Below are positions 15,914 to 23,837 of a stretch of DNA of 49,461 nt, piece after piece; the first letter of the stretch is position 1; every line of letters starts with the position of its first letter. Position numbers and translations under genes: made by a program. The notes under the pieces were generated by a model. The model was not told the origin of the DNA, made no database searches, and saw nothing but the letters and a program-made list of their open reading frames with translations. Location of the stretch: IMG/VR virus record IMGVR_UViG_3300044501_000030; one strand, written 5' to 3'. The stretch comes from a virus.

Positions 15914-17523
15914 TCGAACCGCGCGACTACCAGCGTGACGCCTTGGCCTCGCTGAGCGAAGCGCCAGAGCGCCGACCTGCGATCGTGCTTCCGACCGGGA
16001 CAGGAAAAACGATCATCTTCTGTCACTGGTTGAAGCAGCTCCGAACACAATCAACCAACGGTCTGCGATCGCTGATCCTCGTTCATCGTGATGAACTGGC
16101 GCAGCAAGCCGTAGAAAAGCTCAGCATGATCGACCCCACGACCACCACAGGCGTCGTCAAAGCGGAGCGCAACGAGGTTAGTGCACCAACGGTGGTCGCC
16201 AGCGTGCAAACGCTCGTGCGAGAGAAGCGCTTTGCACAGTACATGGCGGGGGGCGCTCCACAAGCGGTCATTGTCGACGAGGCCCACCATTCGCGCGCGG
16301 ATTCTTATCACACAATTCTCCAACGTCTCGGTTGCTTCGAGGAGTATGGACCGCTCACGCTCGGTGTGACAGCCACACCCGAACGCAACGATGGTCGTGC
16401 GCTCGGCAAAACCTTCGAGCGCATCGTCTACCACCTGCCCCTGCTCGAAGCGATCCGCAAGGGCTACCTCTGTCCGCCCAAGGGATTGGCGGTCAAGCTC
16501 AACTGTGACTTCCGCACGCTGCGCTCCGCGCACGGCGAGATCCGAGATGATGATGCGGAACGCATGATGCTCGCCGCGATGGCCCCAGAGAAGATCGCTG
16601 AGGCAATTGCTGAGCACGCGAGTCAACGGAAGTGTTTGGTGTTCACGCCCACGGTGGAAGTCAGTAAGCAAATCATGCATGAATGTTGCGAGTTGGGCAT
16701 GGAAGCCCACCATGTCGACGGTACCACGCCGATGGACGAACGACGTGTCCTCCTGGCGTGGTTTGACACCGCGACTGCGGAGTATCCTACCAAAGTGCTG
16801 AGCAACTGTGCGGTGCTTACTGAGGGCTATGATTGTCCAAGCGCCAGTTGCATCGTCATGGCCCGCCCCACGAAGTCGCGAATCTTCTACACGCAAGCGA
16901 TCGGGCGCGGCCTCCGGCTGTTTCCTGGTAAGCAGGATTGCTTGATCCTCGATGTGGTCGGCGTGACCCACCGACACGATTTGCTCAGCATCAAAGACCT
17001 GATGACGGAGGACGTAGAGCCGGCTGCGGGAGAGGAACGAGCCGGCGAGGTCCAAGAGCACGAGGAAGAGGAACAACCGGAAGGCGAATTGACCTTCGAG
17101 CCGGTCGACCTCTTCGCCAGTCGACCGTTCAATTGGATTCGCTCGGAGTTTGGCTATGTCTTGGACCTCGGCAAGCAGCACGGCTGGGTGGTCCTCATGG
17201 AAGTGCAGCAGGGGTGGGCCGTCGACCGCCTGACCCGTGTAGCGGGTCGCGCGGAACGGGAGGAGATCCAAGTGATCCAACAGCTTGGCTACGCGCAAGG
17301 CATGGCCGAAGACTATGTACGACGCTTAGGTGTCGAGGCGCTGGCGAAGCGTGACGCTGGCTGGCGGAAGGCTCCCCTGACCGACAGCCAACGGTGGATG
17401 CTTGAACGTTGGCGCATCCCACACCGAGGCGACTGGACCAAAGGCGAAGCCTCAGACGCCATCACCAAGGCGGTAGCTGGCGCCGCGATCAAAGAATGCT
17501 TGCGTGCGGCTGAAAGCACTTGA
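15910..17523 (+). CDS. SF2 DEAD/DEAH-box helicase (537 aa)
   Basis: Motif I LPTGTGKT, motif II VIVDEAHHS, motif III GVTATP, and a later QAIGRGLR (motif VI). Confidence 0.85.
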   Translation: MIEPRDYQRDALASLSEAPERRPAIVLPTGTGKTIIFCHWLKQLRTQSTNGLRSLILVHRDELAQQAVEKLSMIDPTTTTGVVKAERNEVSAPTVVASVQTLVREKRFAQYMAGGAPQAVIVDEAHHSRADSYHTILQRLGCFEEYGPLTLGVTATPERNDGRALGKTFERIVYHLPLLEAIRKGYLCPPKGLAVKLNCDFRTLRSAHGEIRDDDAERMMLAAMAPEKIAEAIAEHASQRKCLVFTPTVEVSKQIMHECCELGMEAHHVDGTTPMDERRVLLAWFDTATAEYPTKVLSNCAVLTEGYDCPSASCIVMARPTKSRIFYTQAIGRGLRLFPGKQDCLILDVVGVTHRHDLLSIKDLMTEDVEPAAGEERAGEVQEHEEEEQPEGELTFEPVDLFASRPFNWIRSEFGYVLDLGKQHGWVVLMEVQQGWAVDRLTRVAGRAEREEIQVIQQLGYAQGMAEDYVRRLGVEALAKRDAGWRKAPLTDSQRWMLERWRIPHRGDWTKGEASDAITKAVAGAAIKECLRAAEST

Positions 17524-17554
17524 CACGCAAATCCCACAAGTGTATGGAGGACAC

Positions 17555-17749
17555 ATGGCGATCATCAATATGGATTTCACGGAGAACATTACACCACAGG
17601 TCGTGACCGAAGGCGGTTACTGGAGTGTGCTTCGCAAAGACACCGAGACGAGTGTGCTTGCCGGCCTCCGCTTCGACCTCGCGATCAAGGCTGCTGCCGC
17701 GCTGAGCAACCTTGGCATCGCCTGTATCGTGCGAAACGGAGGACGATGA
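17555..17749 (+). CDS. Hypothetical protein (64 aa)
   Basis: ATG preceded by GGAGG. Its stop overlaps the next start. Confidence 0.5.
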   Translation: MAIINMDFTENITPQVVTEGGYWSVLRKDTETSVLAGLRFDLAIKAAAALSNLGIACIVRNGGR

Positions 17750-17955
17750 TGTACCACTGGAAGCGTGAAGCAGGCCTCTACCTCATCCAAGACGTGGAAG
17801 GCCACACCTTGGCTTACTGCATCGACCTCCACGACGAAGCCCGGCCCAACGCCGAGAAGATCGTGCGGGCGCTGATCCTGCAAGAGATCATCGACCAGCG
17901 CACCGAGATCGCCAAGTCCATCGCCGAAAAGTGGCGCGACGGGAGCAAAGTATGA
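17746..17955 (+). CDS. Hypothetical protein (69 aa)
   Basis: Track ORF with an ATGA overlap to the upstream gene. Confidence 0.55.
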   Translation: MMYHWKREAGLYLIQDVEGHTLAYCIDLHDEARPNAEKIVRALILQEIIDQRTEIAKSIAEKWRDGSKV

Positions 17956-18013
17956 CGCCGAAACGTGGTCGAGTAACCCATACGTTTGGGTGCTCGCATT
18001 TCGCCAACTCCAA

Positions 18014-18026
18014 GGGGGGGGGGGGG
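18014..18026. repeat. G13 homopolymer tract
   Basis: Thirteen consecutive G read directly, ending 4 nt before the ATG at 18031. Confidence 0.9.
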
Positions 18027-18030
18027 TACG

Positions 18031-18285
18031 ATGGAGCACTTCACGATTGACGAAGCCGACTGGAATGAACTCATGCGCCTGAGTCGTGAGGCTCAGGACG
18101 CACCCGTGATGGCGCTCAGTTCGGCCGATGCGCTCAGCGGTCGCGACTTTGCGGGCGCGGCCCGAGAGCGCGTATATTCGTACTGGCGCGAACTTGGCTG
18201 CAAGTACGGATTCGACGCGAGCGAGATTCGTCCCGTGGACGAGAAGCGGCGCATCATCGCCGCTCGGCGAGGCGCGCCCCAGTGA
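18031..18285 (+). CDS. Hypothetical protein (84 aa)
   Basis: Track ORF 17986..18285 trimmed to the ATG at 18031. The G-tract would serve as the SD. Confidence 0.55.
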   Translation: MEHFTIDEADWNELMRLSREAQDAPVMALSSADALSGRDFAGAARERVYSYWRELGCKYGFDASEIRPVDEKRRIIAARRGAPQ

Positions 18286-18307
18286 CGAAGGAGACGCGAG
18301 GGAGGCG

Positions 18308-18628
18308 ATGATGACCGTCGAGGTGATTATGCATGTGCTCCACGCGCTCATATTGGTCAGCGTTGTCACTGGCTGCGGTGGGGTTCCCGATTCCTTCCGC
18401 TGCGATGGCGAGTCGGCGGAGCCCGCACCGCAGGCAACCTGTATGCCGGTATGGTCCTGCCCAATCGGCACGGACGCTCCGGCTAAACCGCCGGACATAT
18501 GCCCGGCGAATCGCTGCTGCCGTTCGGACACTGATCGCGACTGTGTGGTGCTGGGCGCAATGATTGAAAGCGTGGACGGGCGCGGGCAGCATCGTTGGTG
18601 GGGAACTTGTTGGAGCACAAACTCATGA
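18308..18628 (+). CDS. Cys-rich lipoprotein (106 aa)
   Basis: GGAGG followed by ATG at 18308. Signal MMTVEVIMHVLHALILVSVVTG|C has a lipobox V-T-G-C. The mature part has about 8 Cys. Confidence 0.6.
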   Translation: MMTVEVIMHVLHALILVSVVTGCGGVPDSFRCDGESAEPAPQATCMPVWSCPIGTDAPAKPPDICPANRCCRSDTDRDCVVLGAMIESVDGRGQHRWWGTCWSTNS

Positions 18629-18749
18629 CTACCTCCCCCACGCAGACCGCCGACGCCCACCCCCGAGACTCGCGGACCAGGCGCGGGCCGCCGGGAGCCG
18701 CGCAATACGTCTTCACGGGAAAAGAAGAACGAGAGCGAAACTGAGACGG

Positions 18750-18965
18750 ATGTTCGCTGAACGACTCACAGGTGTTCTCGCTGGCAAGTCTGAGGACATT
18801 GCGTGGGTGAACAACGACTCGACAGCCGAAGGCTCGCTCTACTACTTTTGCGAAGTCTTGCGCCAAGATCCACTAAAAGTACGAGCGCAGTTTGTGAGTA
18901 GTCAGTTTGCACGAATGACCATGCGAGAGAAAATGCGTATGCTTCGTGCTTTGGAGGACGTATGA
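18750..18965 (+). CDS. Hypothetical protein (71 aa)
   Basis: Internal ATG of track ORF 18564..18965. The upstream part of that ORF overlaps the lipoprotein gene and looks non-coding. Confidence 0.45.
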   Translation: MFAERLTGVLAGKSEDIAWVNNDSTAEGSLYYFCEVLRQDPLKVRAQFVSSQFARMTMREKMRMLRALEDV

Positions 18966-19048
18966 GTCGAGATCGCACAGCCTTGGCAATCGGCTTCTTC
19001 ATCGGTTTTTGGCTAGGCATCGTGATCGCGGCGATTGTCCTTCCATGA
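18962..19048 (+). CDS. Mini membrane peptide (28 aa; MSRDRTALAIGFFIGFWLGIVIAAIVLP)
   Basis: Hand-translated, with ATGA overlaps at both ends. It is a paralogue of the peptide at 15806..15913. Confidence 0.45.
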   Translation: MSRDRTALAIGFFIGFWLGIVIAAIVLP

Positions 19049-19251
19049 GTGCGCTCACCAAAGCCCTTCGCATCACAGCCCTGCTGAAGATGGTGAAACT
19101 CGGCCACCAACCGACCCCGTGGTCCTTCATCGCGCAGGCGGAGGCTAAAGGCAGCTATTGCTCAGCATGTTGGGCCATGGTGTGGGTCCTCGCCGATCCC
19201 CCTAAGGTGGGAGGGCAGGCGATCACGGTAGCGTGCCTGGCGAAGCCATGA
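19045..19251 (+). CDS. Hypothetical protein (68 aa)
   Basis: In-frame ATG in track ORF 18946..19251, translationally coupled. Confidence 0.5.
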   Translation: MSALTKALRITALLKMVKLGHQPTPWSFIAQAEAKGSYCSACWAMVWVLADPPKVGGQAITVACLAKP

Positions 19252-19622
19252 ACACCACCCGCATCAACAACGTCCGCAACCGACTGCGCGAGCAAGACCG
19301 GCTAGAGCGGAAGTACGGTGTGCCCCTTGGCCGCCGACTGCGCCGCATCCCTCTCGACCTTCTCGGCGAACTCTTCCCCGAGCCACTTTCGCGTCAATCT
19401 GTTGGCCGAAAGAATCCGCTCCACGAAGGGACAGGCGACACCGAAGCGGAGCGAAAGCTGTTCGCGGTCCGACGCGAGATCAAGCGTGTGAAGCGCTGTA
19501 TGAATGGCAGCCAGTCAGAAGAGCAAGAGATCGAACTAGAAATGCTGCGCGACATGCGGGACGATCTGATCGCCGCTGTGGTCGTGATCCAAGCGAAGCG
19601 AGAGCAAAACCACAATGACTAG
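19248..19622 (+). CDS. Hypothetical protein (124 aa, coiled-coil-like C-terminus)
   Basis: Track ORF 19233..19622 trimmed to the ATG at 19248, which overlaps the preceding stop. Confidence 0.55.
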   Translation: MNTTRINNVRNRLREQDRLERKYGVPLGRRLRRIPLDLLGELFPEPLSRQSVGRKNPLHEGTGDTEAERKLFAVRREIKRVKRCMNGSQSEEQEIELEMLRDMRDDLIAAVVVIQAKREQNHND

Positions 19623-19696
19623 CGGCCCACAGCATCACACGCCACAGCCGCTAGCGATTGACAACGGAACGAAGCAAAACGCATAAGGAGGCCCAC

Positions 19697-19915
19697 ATGG
19701 CACGACAACGAACGCATGTTCCCGACGGCATCGAGCGCTGCAAATTCAGCAGCCGCAACTTTCGCCGTGACCTGCTTGACCAGCTCCGGGTAGCCGCCGC
19801 GTGGGATGGCTGTGCGCTCGAAGAGATGTTGAACCGTGCTTTGGCGGCTGGGCTCCCTATCGTGAAAGTCCCGGCCCTCAAGAAGTACAAAGCCCGCAAA
19901 GCGAAAGCAGCGTAA
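19697..19915 (+). CDS. Ribbon-helix-helix (Arc/CopG-like) DNA-binding protein (72 aa)
   Basis: AAGGAGG followed by ATG at 19697. A beta-strand-like KFSSRNF is followed by two helices (RRDLLDQLRVAAAWDGCALEEMLNRAL), the RHH pattern. Confidence 0.5.
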   Translation: MARQRTHVPDGIERCKFSSRNFRRDLLDQLRVAAAWDGCALEEMLNRALAAGLPIVKVPALKKYKARKAKAA

Positions 19916-19935
19916 AGCGAGAAAAGAAACGACGT

Positions 19936-20010
19936 GCCGCCGTGGCGAAGTAGTCGGATACTTCTCAGGAAAAAAGACCGACTGCGCCTGTTCCCGGCGG
20001 CTTTCTTTTG
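19936..20010 (+). terminator. Long interrupted hairpin plus U-tract: intrinsic terminator of the RHH gene and/or a small structured RNA next to rsr
   Basis: GCCGCCG (19936-42) pairs with CGGCGGC (19995-20001). GGCG (19944-47) pairs with CGCC (19985-88). GUCGG (19953-57) pairs with CCGAC (19978-82). The loop is 20 nt, followed by UUUCUUUU (20002-09). Confidence 0.45.
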
Positions 20011-20089
20011 GTGGGTGGATGGTGAAGGACTCAGCTACTTCATGCATTGCTGAGTGCGCATGTTCCTCCGCCCAATCTTGGAGGCTGAG

Positions 20090-21424
20090 ATGAAAACGAA
20101 CCAAAAGACCGTGTCGACAGCGCGCACCCATGAGGGGGGTCGTGCAGCGCGCCAGTCTGCGCAGACAGAATTGGAGCGCACGGTCGCAACCTGCCTCTTG
20201 TGGGAGCCGACGTTCTACGAGAGTGGCAGCCAGATTGCGGATCGCATTGTGTCGCTCTGCCAAGACGTTGGTATAGCCAACGCTGAGATTGCGGACTTGG
20301 CCGTGAAAGCACGCACCGACTGGAAGCTCCGGCACGTACCGCTGTTCCTTGCCCTCCAGCTCACACATAGAGCGCGAAACACCGGCGATGCACACCTGAT
20401 TCGTGAGACGTTGGCAGCCGTGATCCAACGTCCCGATGAGATGACAGAGTTCCTGTCGCTCTATTGGAAGAACGGTCGCATACCACTCGCGGCACAAGTC
20501 AAACGCGGTCTCGCAATGGCGTTCACGAAGTTCTCAGCGTACCAGCTCGCGAAGTGGAATCGCGACAAGGACGTGAAACTGCGTGACGTCTTGTTCCTCA
20601 CACACGCGAAACCCAAAGATATGAAGCAGGCTTCGCTGTGGAAGAAGCTCGTCGACAAGACGCTAGAGGCCGCTGACACGTGGGAGGTCGCGCTGTCAGC
20701 AGGGAAGGACAAGAAAGCGACCTTCGAGCGCCTCCTGAAAAAGGGTCAACTAGGCTACATGGCCCTGTTGCAGAATCTTCGGAACATGGAGCAAGCAAAC
20801 GTCAACCGCAAGCTGGTAAGAGAGGCATTGCAGGCTGGGGCCGAAGGCTCACGAGCGCTGCCATTTCGGTTCATCGCAGCGGCCAAAGCCGCGCCGAGCT
20901 ACGCCGCAGATCTCTCAGACGCAATGGTGGCAGCTATTCCTGCTGGCCTGAAGCTGGACGGAGGAACCACCGTGGTGGTCGACGTCAGCGGTTCGATGGA
21001 CGACCTGTTATCGACGAAGTCAACGCTTTCAAGGTTGGAAGCGGCGTCCGCGCTGGCCATCCTCATCAGTACGGTGAGTCAGGTGCGCGTGTTCACGTTC
21101 TCGAATGCAGTCATGGAGGTCCCGAATCATCGTGGGTTGCCACTTGCCGACGTGATTACGCGGAGTCAACCGCACGGTGGGACCTACCTCGCGGCTGCGT
21201 TGCGCGCAATTCAAGGACTTGGAATCGACGCCACGCGCCTCGTAGTCATCACCGATGAACAATCACACGACGGGACGATCCACCCGTGGGCCAAGCACAG
21301 CTACATCATCAACGTCGCACCATACCAACCGGGATTGGTGACACATGGAGGGTGGCACAGGATCAACGGCTGGAGCGAGCGCATCGTCGACTGGATGATT
21401 GCGCAGGAAGGAGATGTCCGATGA
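20090..21424 (+). CDS. rsr: Ro60/Rsr-like protein (TROVE domain + vWA domain), 444 aa
   Basis: GGAGG followed by ATG at 20090. TROVE-like N-terminal two-thirds (…CLLWEPTFYESG…, LALQLTHRARN…, GYMALLQNLRNM…, LPFRFIAAAKA). The C-terminal vWA has MIDAS VVDVSGSM…T…ITDEQSHDG. Confidence 0.7.
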   Translation: MKTNQKTVSTARTHEGGRAARQSAQTELERTVATCLLWEPTFYESGSQIADRIVSLCQDVGIANAEIADLAVKARTDWKLRHVPLFLALQLTHRARNTGDAHLIRETLAAVIQRPDEMTEFLSLYWKNGRIPLAAQVKRGLAMAFTKFSAYQLAKWNRDKDVKLRDVLFLTHAKPKDMKQASLWKKLVDKTLEAADTWEVALSAGKDKKATFERLLKKGQLGYMALLQNLRNMEQANVNRKLVREALQAGAEGSRALPFRFIAAAKAAPSYAADLSDAMVAAIPAGLKLDGGTTVVVDVSGSMDDLLSTKSTLSRLEAASALAILISTVSQVRVFTFSNAVMEVPNHRGLPLADVITRSQPHGGTYLAAALRAIQGLGIDATRLVVITDEQSHDGTIHPWAKHSYIINVAPYQPGLVTHGGWHRINGWSERIVDWMIAQEGDVR

Positions 21425-21651
21425 GTCGCTTCGATGGCGATCCGTTCGACGAGTCATCGGAGGACGACGTGCCTCTCCCCAACTGCAAAGCGATACACGA
21501 GACCGACCGCGCGCTGCGCGTCCTCATCGATGGCAAACCCACCTGGATTCCCAAGAGCCAAATCACCGAAGACAGCGAGGTGTGGAAGAAAGGCGACGAA
21601 GGCACGCTGGTCGTCACCGGCTGGTGGTACGAGAAGGAAGGGTTGGGCTGA
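21421..21651 (+). CDS. Hypothetical protein (76 aa)
   Basis: In-frame ATG forming an ATGA overlap with the rsr stop. Confidence 0.55.
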   Translation: MSRFDGDPFDESSEDDVPLPNCKAIHETDRALRVLIDGKPTWIPKSQITEDSEVWKKGDEGTLVVTGWWYEKEGLG

Positions 21652-21797
21652 TGATGCGCCAATGCCCACGATGCAAAGGTTGGCTCTTTGAATGGCAGCT
21701 CGGCCTCGACGATTTCTTACTCGACGATTTCTTACTGGGTAAATACATTTCCTACGTGGCCCTTGCGTGCAAACCTTGTGGTGGGCGCGGGCGTTGA
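21651..21797 (+). CDS. Zinc-ribbon mini protein (48 aa; CPRC…CKPC) with an internal LDDFL duplication
   Basis: TGATG overlap with the upstream gene and two CxxC pairs. It contains a perfect 15-nt tandem duplication (21706-21735). Confidence 0.45.
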   Translation: MMRQCPRCKGWLFEWQLGLDDFLLDDFLLGKYISYVALACKPCGGRGR

Positions 21798-22051
21798 TGA
21801 CCGCCAACTTCGGCATCGGCAGTCGTACCTTCTTCATCGTTGCGCAGCAGGGCAAAGCCCATATGCTGCTCCCTCAACCGGAGTTCCGGGTGCACCCATA
21901 CCAAGTCGTCTGTGGGGGTACCCACTGCTGGTTCATCGACATCGCGGGCACCGTGATTGAGTTAGGCTGCGTCTGCCACCATGACCCGAACACCGAACTG
22001 CTCCGCATCGTGCGTGCAGGCGCCGCGATCGACGGAACAGTAAATAGCTGA
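21797..22051 (+). CDS. Hypothetical protein (84 aa)
   Basis: In-frame ATG in track ORF 21767..22051 that overlaps the preceding stop. Confidence 0.5.
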   Translation: MTANFGIGSRTFFIVAQQGKAHMLLPQPEFRVHPYQVVCGGTHCWFIDIAGTVIELGCVCHHDPNTELLRIVRAGAAIDGTVNS

Positions 22052-22055
22052 AAAT

Positions 22056-23837
22056 ATGACACCCACCCTGGTCAGCAACAACTCGCTCAACTGCGTCGCA
22101 ACGTGCTCGACGAAGACGATCCTCCGGTACAACTTCTTCTACACCAGCCCAGAAGAGTCGGCGAACCTCAAAGCGGGAAGCGCCGCGCACGAAGCACTCG
22201 CCATCTACTTTCGGGGTGGCACCACCAAGGAAAGCCTTCGTGCGTTCCGCAAAGCCTACAAAGCATGGGCGCTGGAGAACATCGATCCCGCGGACAAGTA
22301 CCTCGCACGACTTTCGTATCAGAATGTGCGCCTGATCCTGAAATACTGGATGGAGCGCACCCCGCTCGACGCCTTCCCGTTCACCGTTGAGCCTGAGCAT
22401 GTCGAGGTGAAGTTCTTGTACCCCCTCACGAAGTCGGGTGATCTCGTGATGCAGGGCATCCTCGACGCGGGTCCCGTCCGCGCGCGTCAAGGCGGCGCCG
22501 TTGGCGTGCTCGACCACAAAGCCCAGCCCGTGTGGTCAAAAGTACTAACCCCGCATGGCTGGCGCGCGTTTGGGTCGTTGAGCGTCGGCGATGAAGTGGT
22601 TGGTGTTAACGGTGCGCCAACCAAGGTCGTCGGCGTGTTCCCGCAGGGTGAGCTGCCAACCTATCGTGTCTCGTTCTCTGATGGGGCAGTAACACACTGT
22701 GCAGCGGACCACCTCTGGACGGTGTATTCGTCTTCGGAGAAGTCACGGGGATGGCGCACCTTGCGGCTAGACCAGATCATGAAGCGCCCAACTGACTTTG
22801 CTATTCCAGTGTCAGGACCGATTCAGTTCGAAGCAGACGACGAACTGCCTGTTGAGCCCTACGTACTCGGAGAGGTGACGAAGGCCGGTAAGCAGGCTGT
22901 TAGCCTTATGTGTCCCCACCATAGGTGCTTTATCCCACCACTGTATCTTCGTGCCTCGGTGGAAGCTCGAACCGCTATTCTTCAGGGATTGCTTGACACC
23001 GATGGCAACGTCTACAACGGCCACGTTAGCTTCACGACAGTAAGTAGAAGGATGGCAAAGGACGTCGTCTATTTGGTGAGGTCCTTAGGAGGACTTGCAC
23101 GCTACCGCTTGTCACAAGGGACGAAACAACAAGCCTACAAGGTTTCCATTCGCCTTCCAGCGGCGACGTTGCCATTCCGCTTACCACGGAAACGTGGTGC
23201 GATCGTCGTCAAAGGTCGACGCGCAATCCTACGATTCTTCGAGAAGATCGAAGCCGTCGAGCCTGCCGAGATGCGTTGCATCCAAGTGGAATCACCTGAT
23301 GGGCTCTACGTAACAGACGATTTCATTGTGACGCATAACACAACCTACCAGATCAACGCAGCATGGATCGAAGCGTTCCGGCTTGACAGCCAGATCACCG
23401 GCTACATCTGGGGCCTCGGCCAGCACATCACCGAATCGGTAGAGAGCGGGTACATCAACGCGCTGGAGTTCTCGAAGCTCCCTGGTTTGGAAGACCCAGG
23501 GAGGAAGTGCCGCGATCCACAGCACGGCGGCGTGACCTACGAGGAGTGCCAGCCTCTCCATGTCAAAGCCATGGTGGTAGGGCCGATCGGTCGCACACGC
23601 CACGCTGTGGCGCAGTGGAAGCGCGACGCCATCCGTTTGGGTCGAAGGCTGGAGGCGTTGAAACAAGACTACGCAGACCTGGACGCGCTGCCGAAGGCAC
23701 CGATGGAAGGGACGTTTACAGGCAGTTGTCGGTTCTGCGAATTTCGCCAGTTCTGCCAGACCGGGCGACAACTGGAAAACCTTGACCGCATGCTCGCGAT
23801 AGATGAAGAGCGCAAAGGAAAGGCGGGTGCAGCGTGA
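22056..23837 (+). CDS. Cas4/RecB-like PD-(D/E)XK exonuclease (Fe-S type) interrupted by an intein; the mature extein would be about 320 aa
   Basis: Extein motifs are GILDAG, VLDHK|T (D-x-K-T) and a C-terminal CRFCEFRQFC plus N-terminal Cys (Cas4-type 4Fe-4S ligands). A 273-aa insert lies between K155 and T429. Confidence 0.75.
   Translation: MTPTLVSNNSLNCVATCSTKTILRYNFFYTSPEESANLKAGSAAHEALAIYFRGGTTKESLRAFRKAYKAWALENIDPADKYLARLSYQNVRLILKYWMERTPLDAFPFTVEPEHVEVKFLYPLTKSGDLVMQGILDAGPVRARQGGAVGVLDHKAQPVWSKVLTPHGWRAFGSLSVGDEVVGVNGAPTKVVGVFPQGELPTYRVSFSDGAVTHCAADHLWTVYSSSEKSRGWRTLRLDQIMKRPTDFAIPVSGPIQFEADDELPVEPYVLGEVTKAGKQAVSLMCPHHRCFIPPLYLRASVEARTAILQGLLDTDGNVYNGHVSFTTVSRRMAKDVVYLVRSLGGLARYRLSQGTKQQAYKVSIRLPAATLPFRLPRKRGAIVVKGRRAILRFFEKIEAVEPAEMRCIQVESPDGLYVTDDFIVTHNTTYQINAAWIEAFRLDSQITGYIWGLGQHITESVESGYINALEFSKLPGLEDPGRKCRDPQHGGVTYEECQPLHVKAMVVGPIGRTRHAVAQWKRDAIRLGRRLEALKQDYADLDALPKAPMEGTFTGSCRFCEFRQFCQTGRQLENLDRMLAIDEERKGKAGAA
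22521..23339 (+). mobile_element. Intein (273 aa), apparent class 3 (Ala1, Trp/Cys/Thr signature) with a LAGLIDADG-type remnant
   Basis: Block A is AQPVWSKVLTPHGW and block B is AADHLW. DOD motif ILQGLLDTDGNVY is present. Block F is EMRCIQVE and block G is FIVTHN, followed by Thr+1. GC is lower than in the flanks. Confidence 0.7.

Noticed and set aside
16051-17298. 415-aa minus-strand ORF
   Set aside because: It is entirely antisense to the motif-rich SF2 helicase gene. It has an Arg/Leu/His-rich composition typical of spurious antisense frames in high-GC DNA, and no SD.
18625-18744. 39-aa ORF (MTTSPTQTADAHPRDSRTRRGPPGAAQYVFTGKEERERN) coupled by ATGA to the lipoprotein gene
   Set aside because: The coupling is suggestive, but the sequence is low-complexity and Arg/Pro-rich with no other support. 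It is left uncalled.
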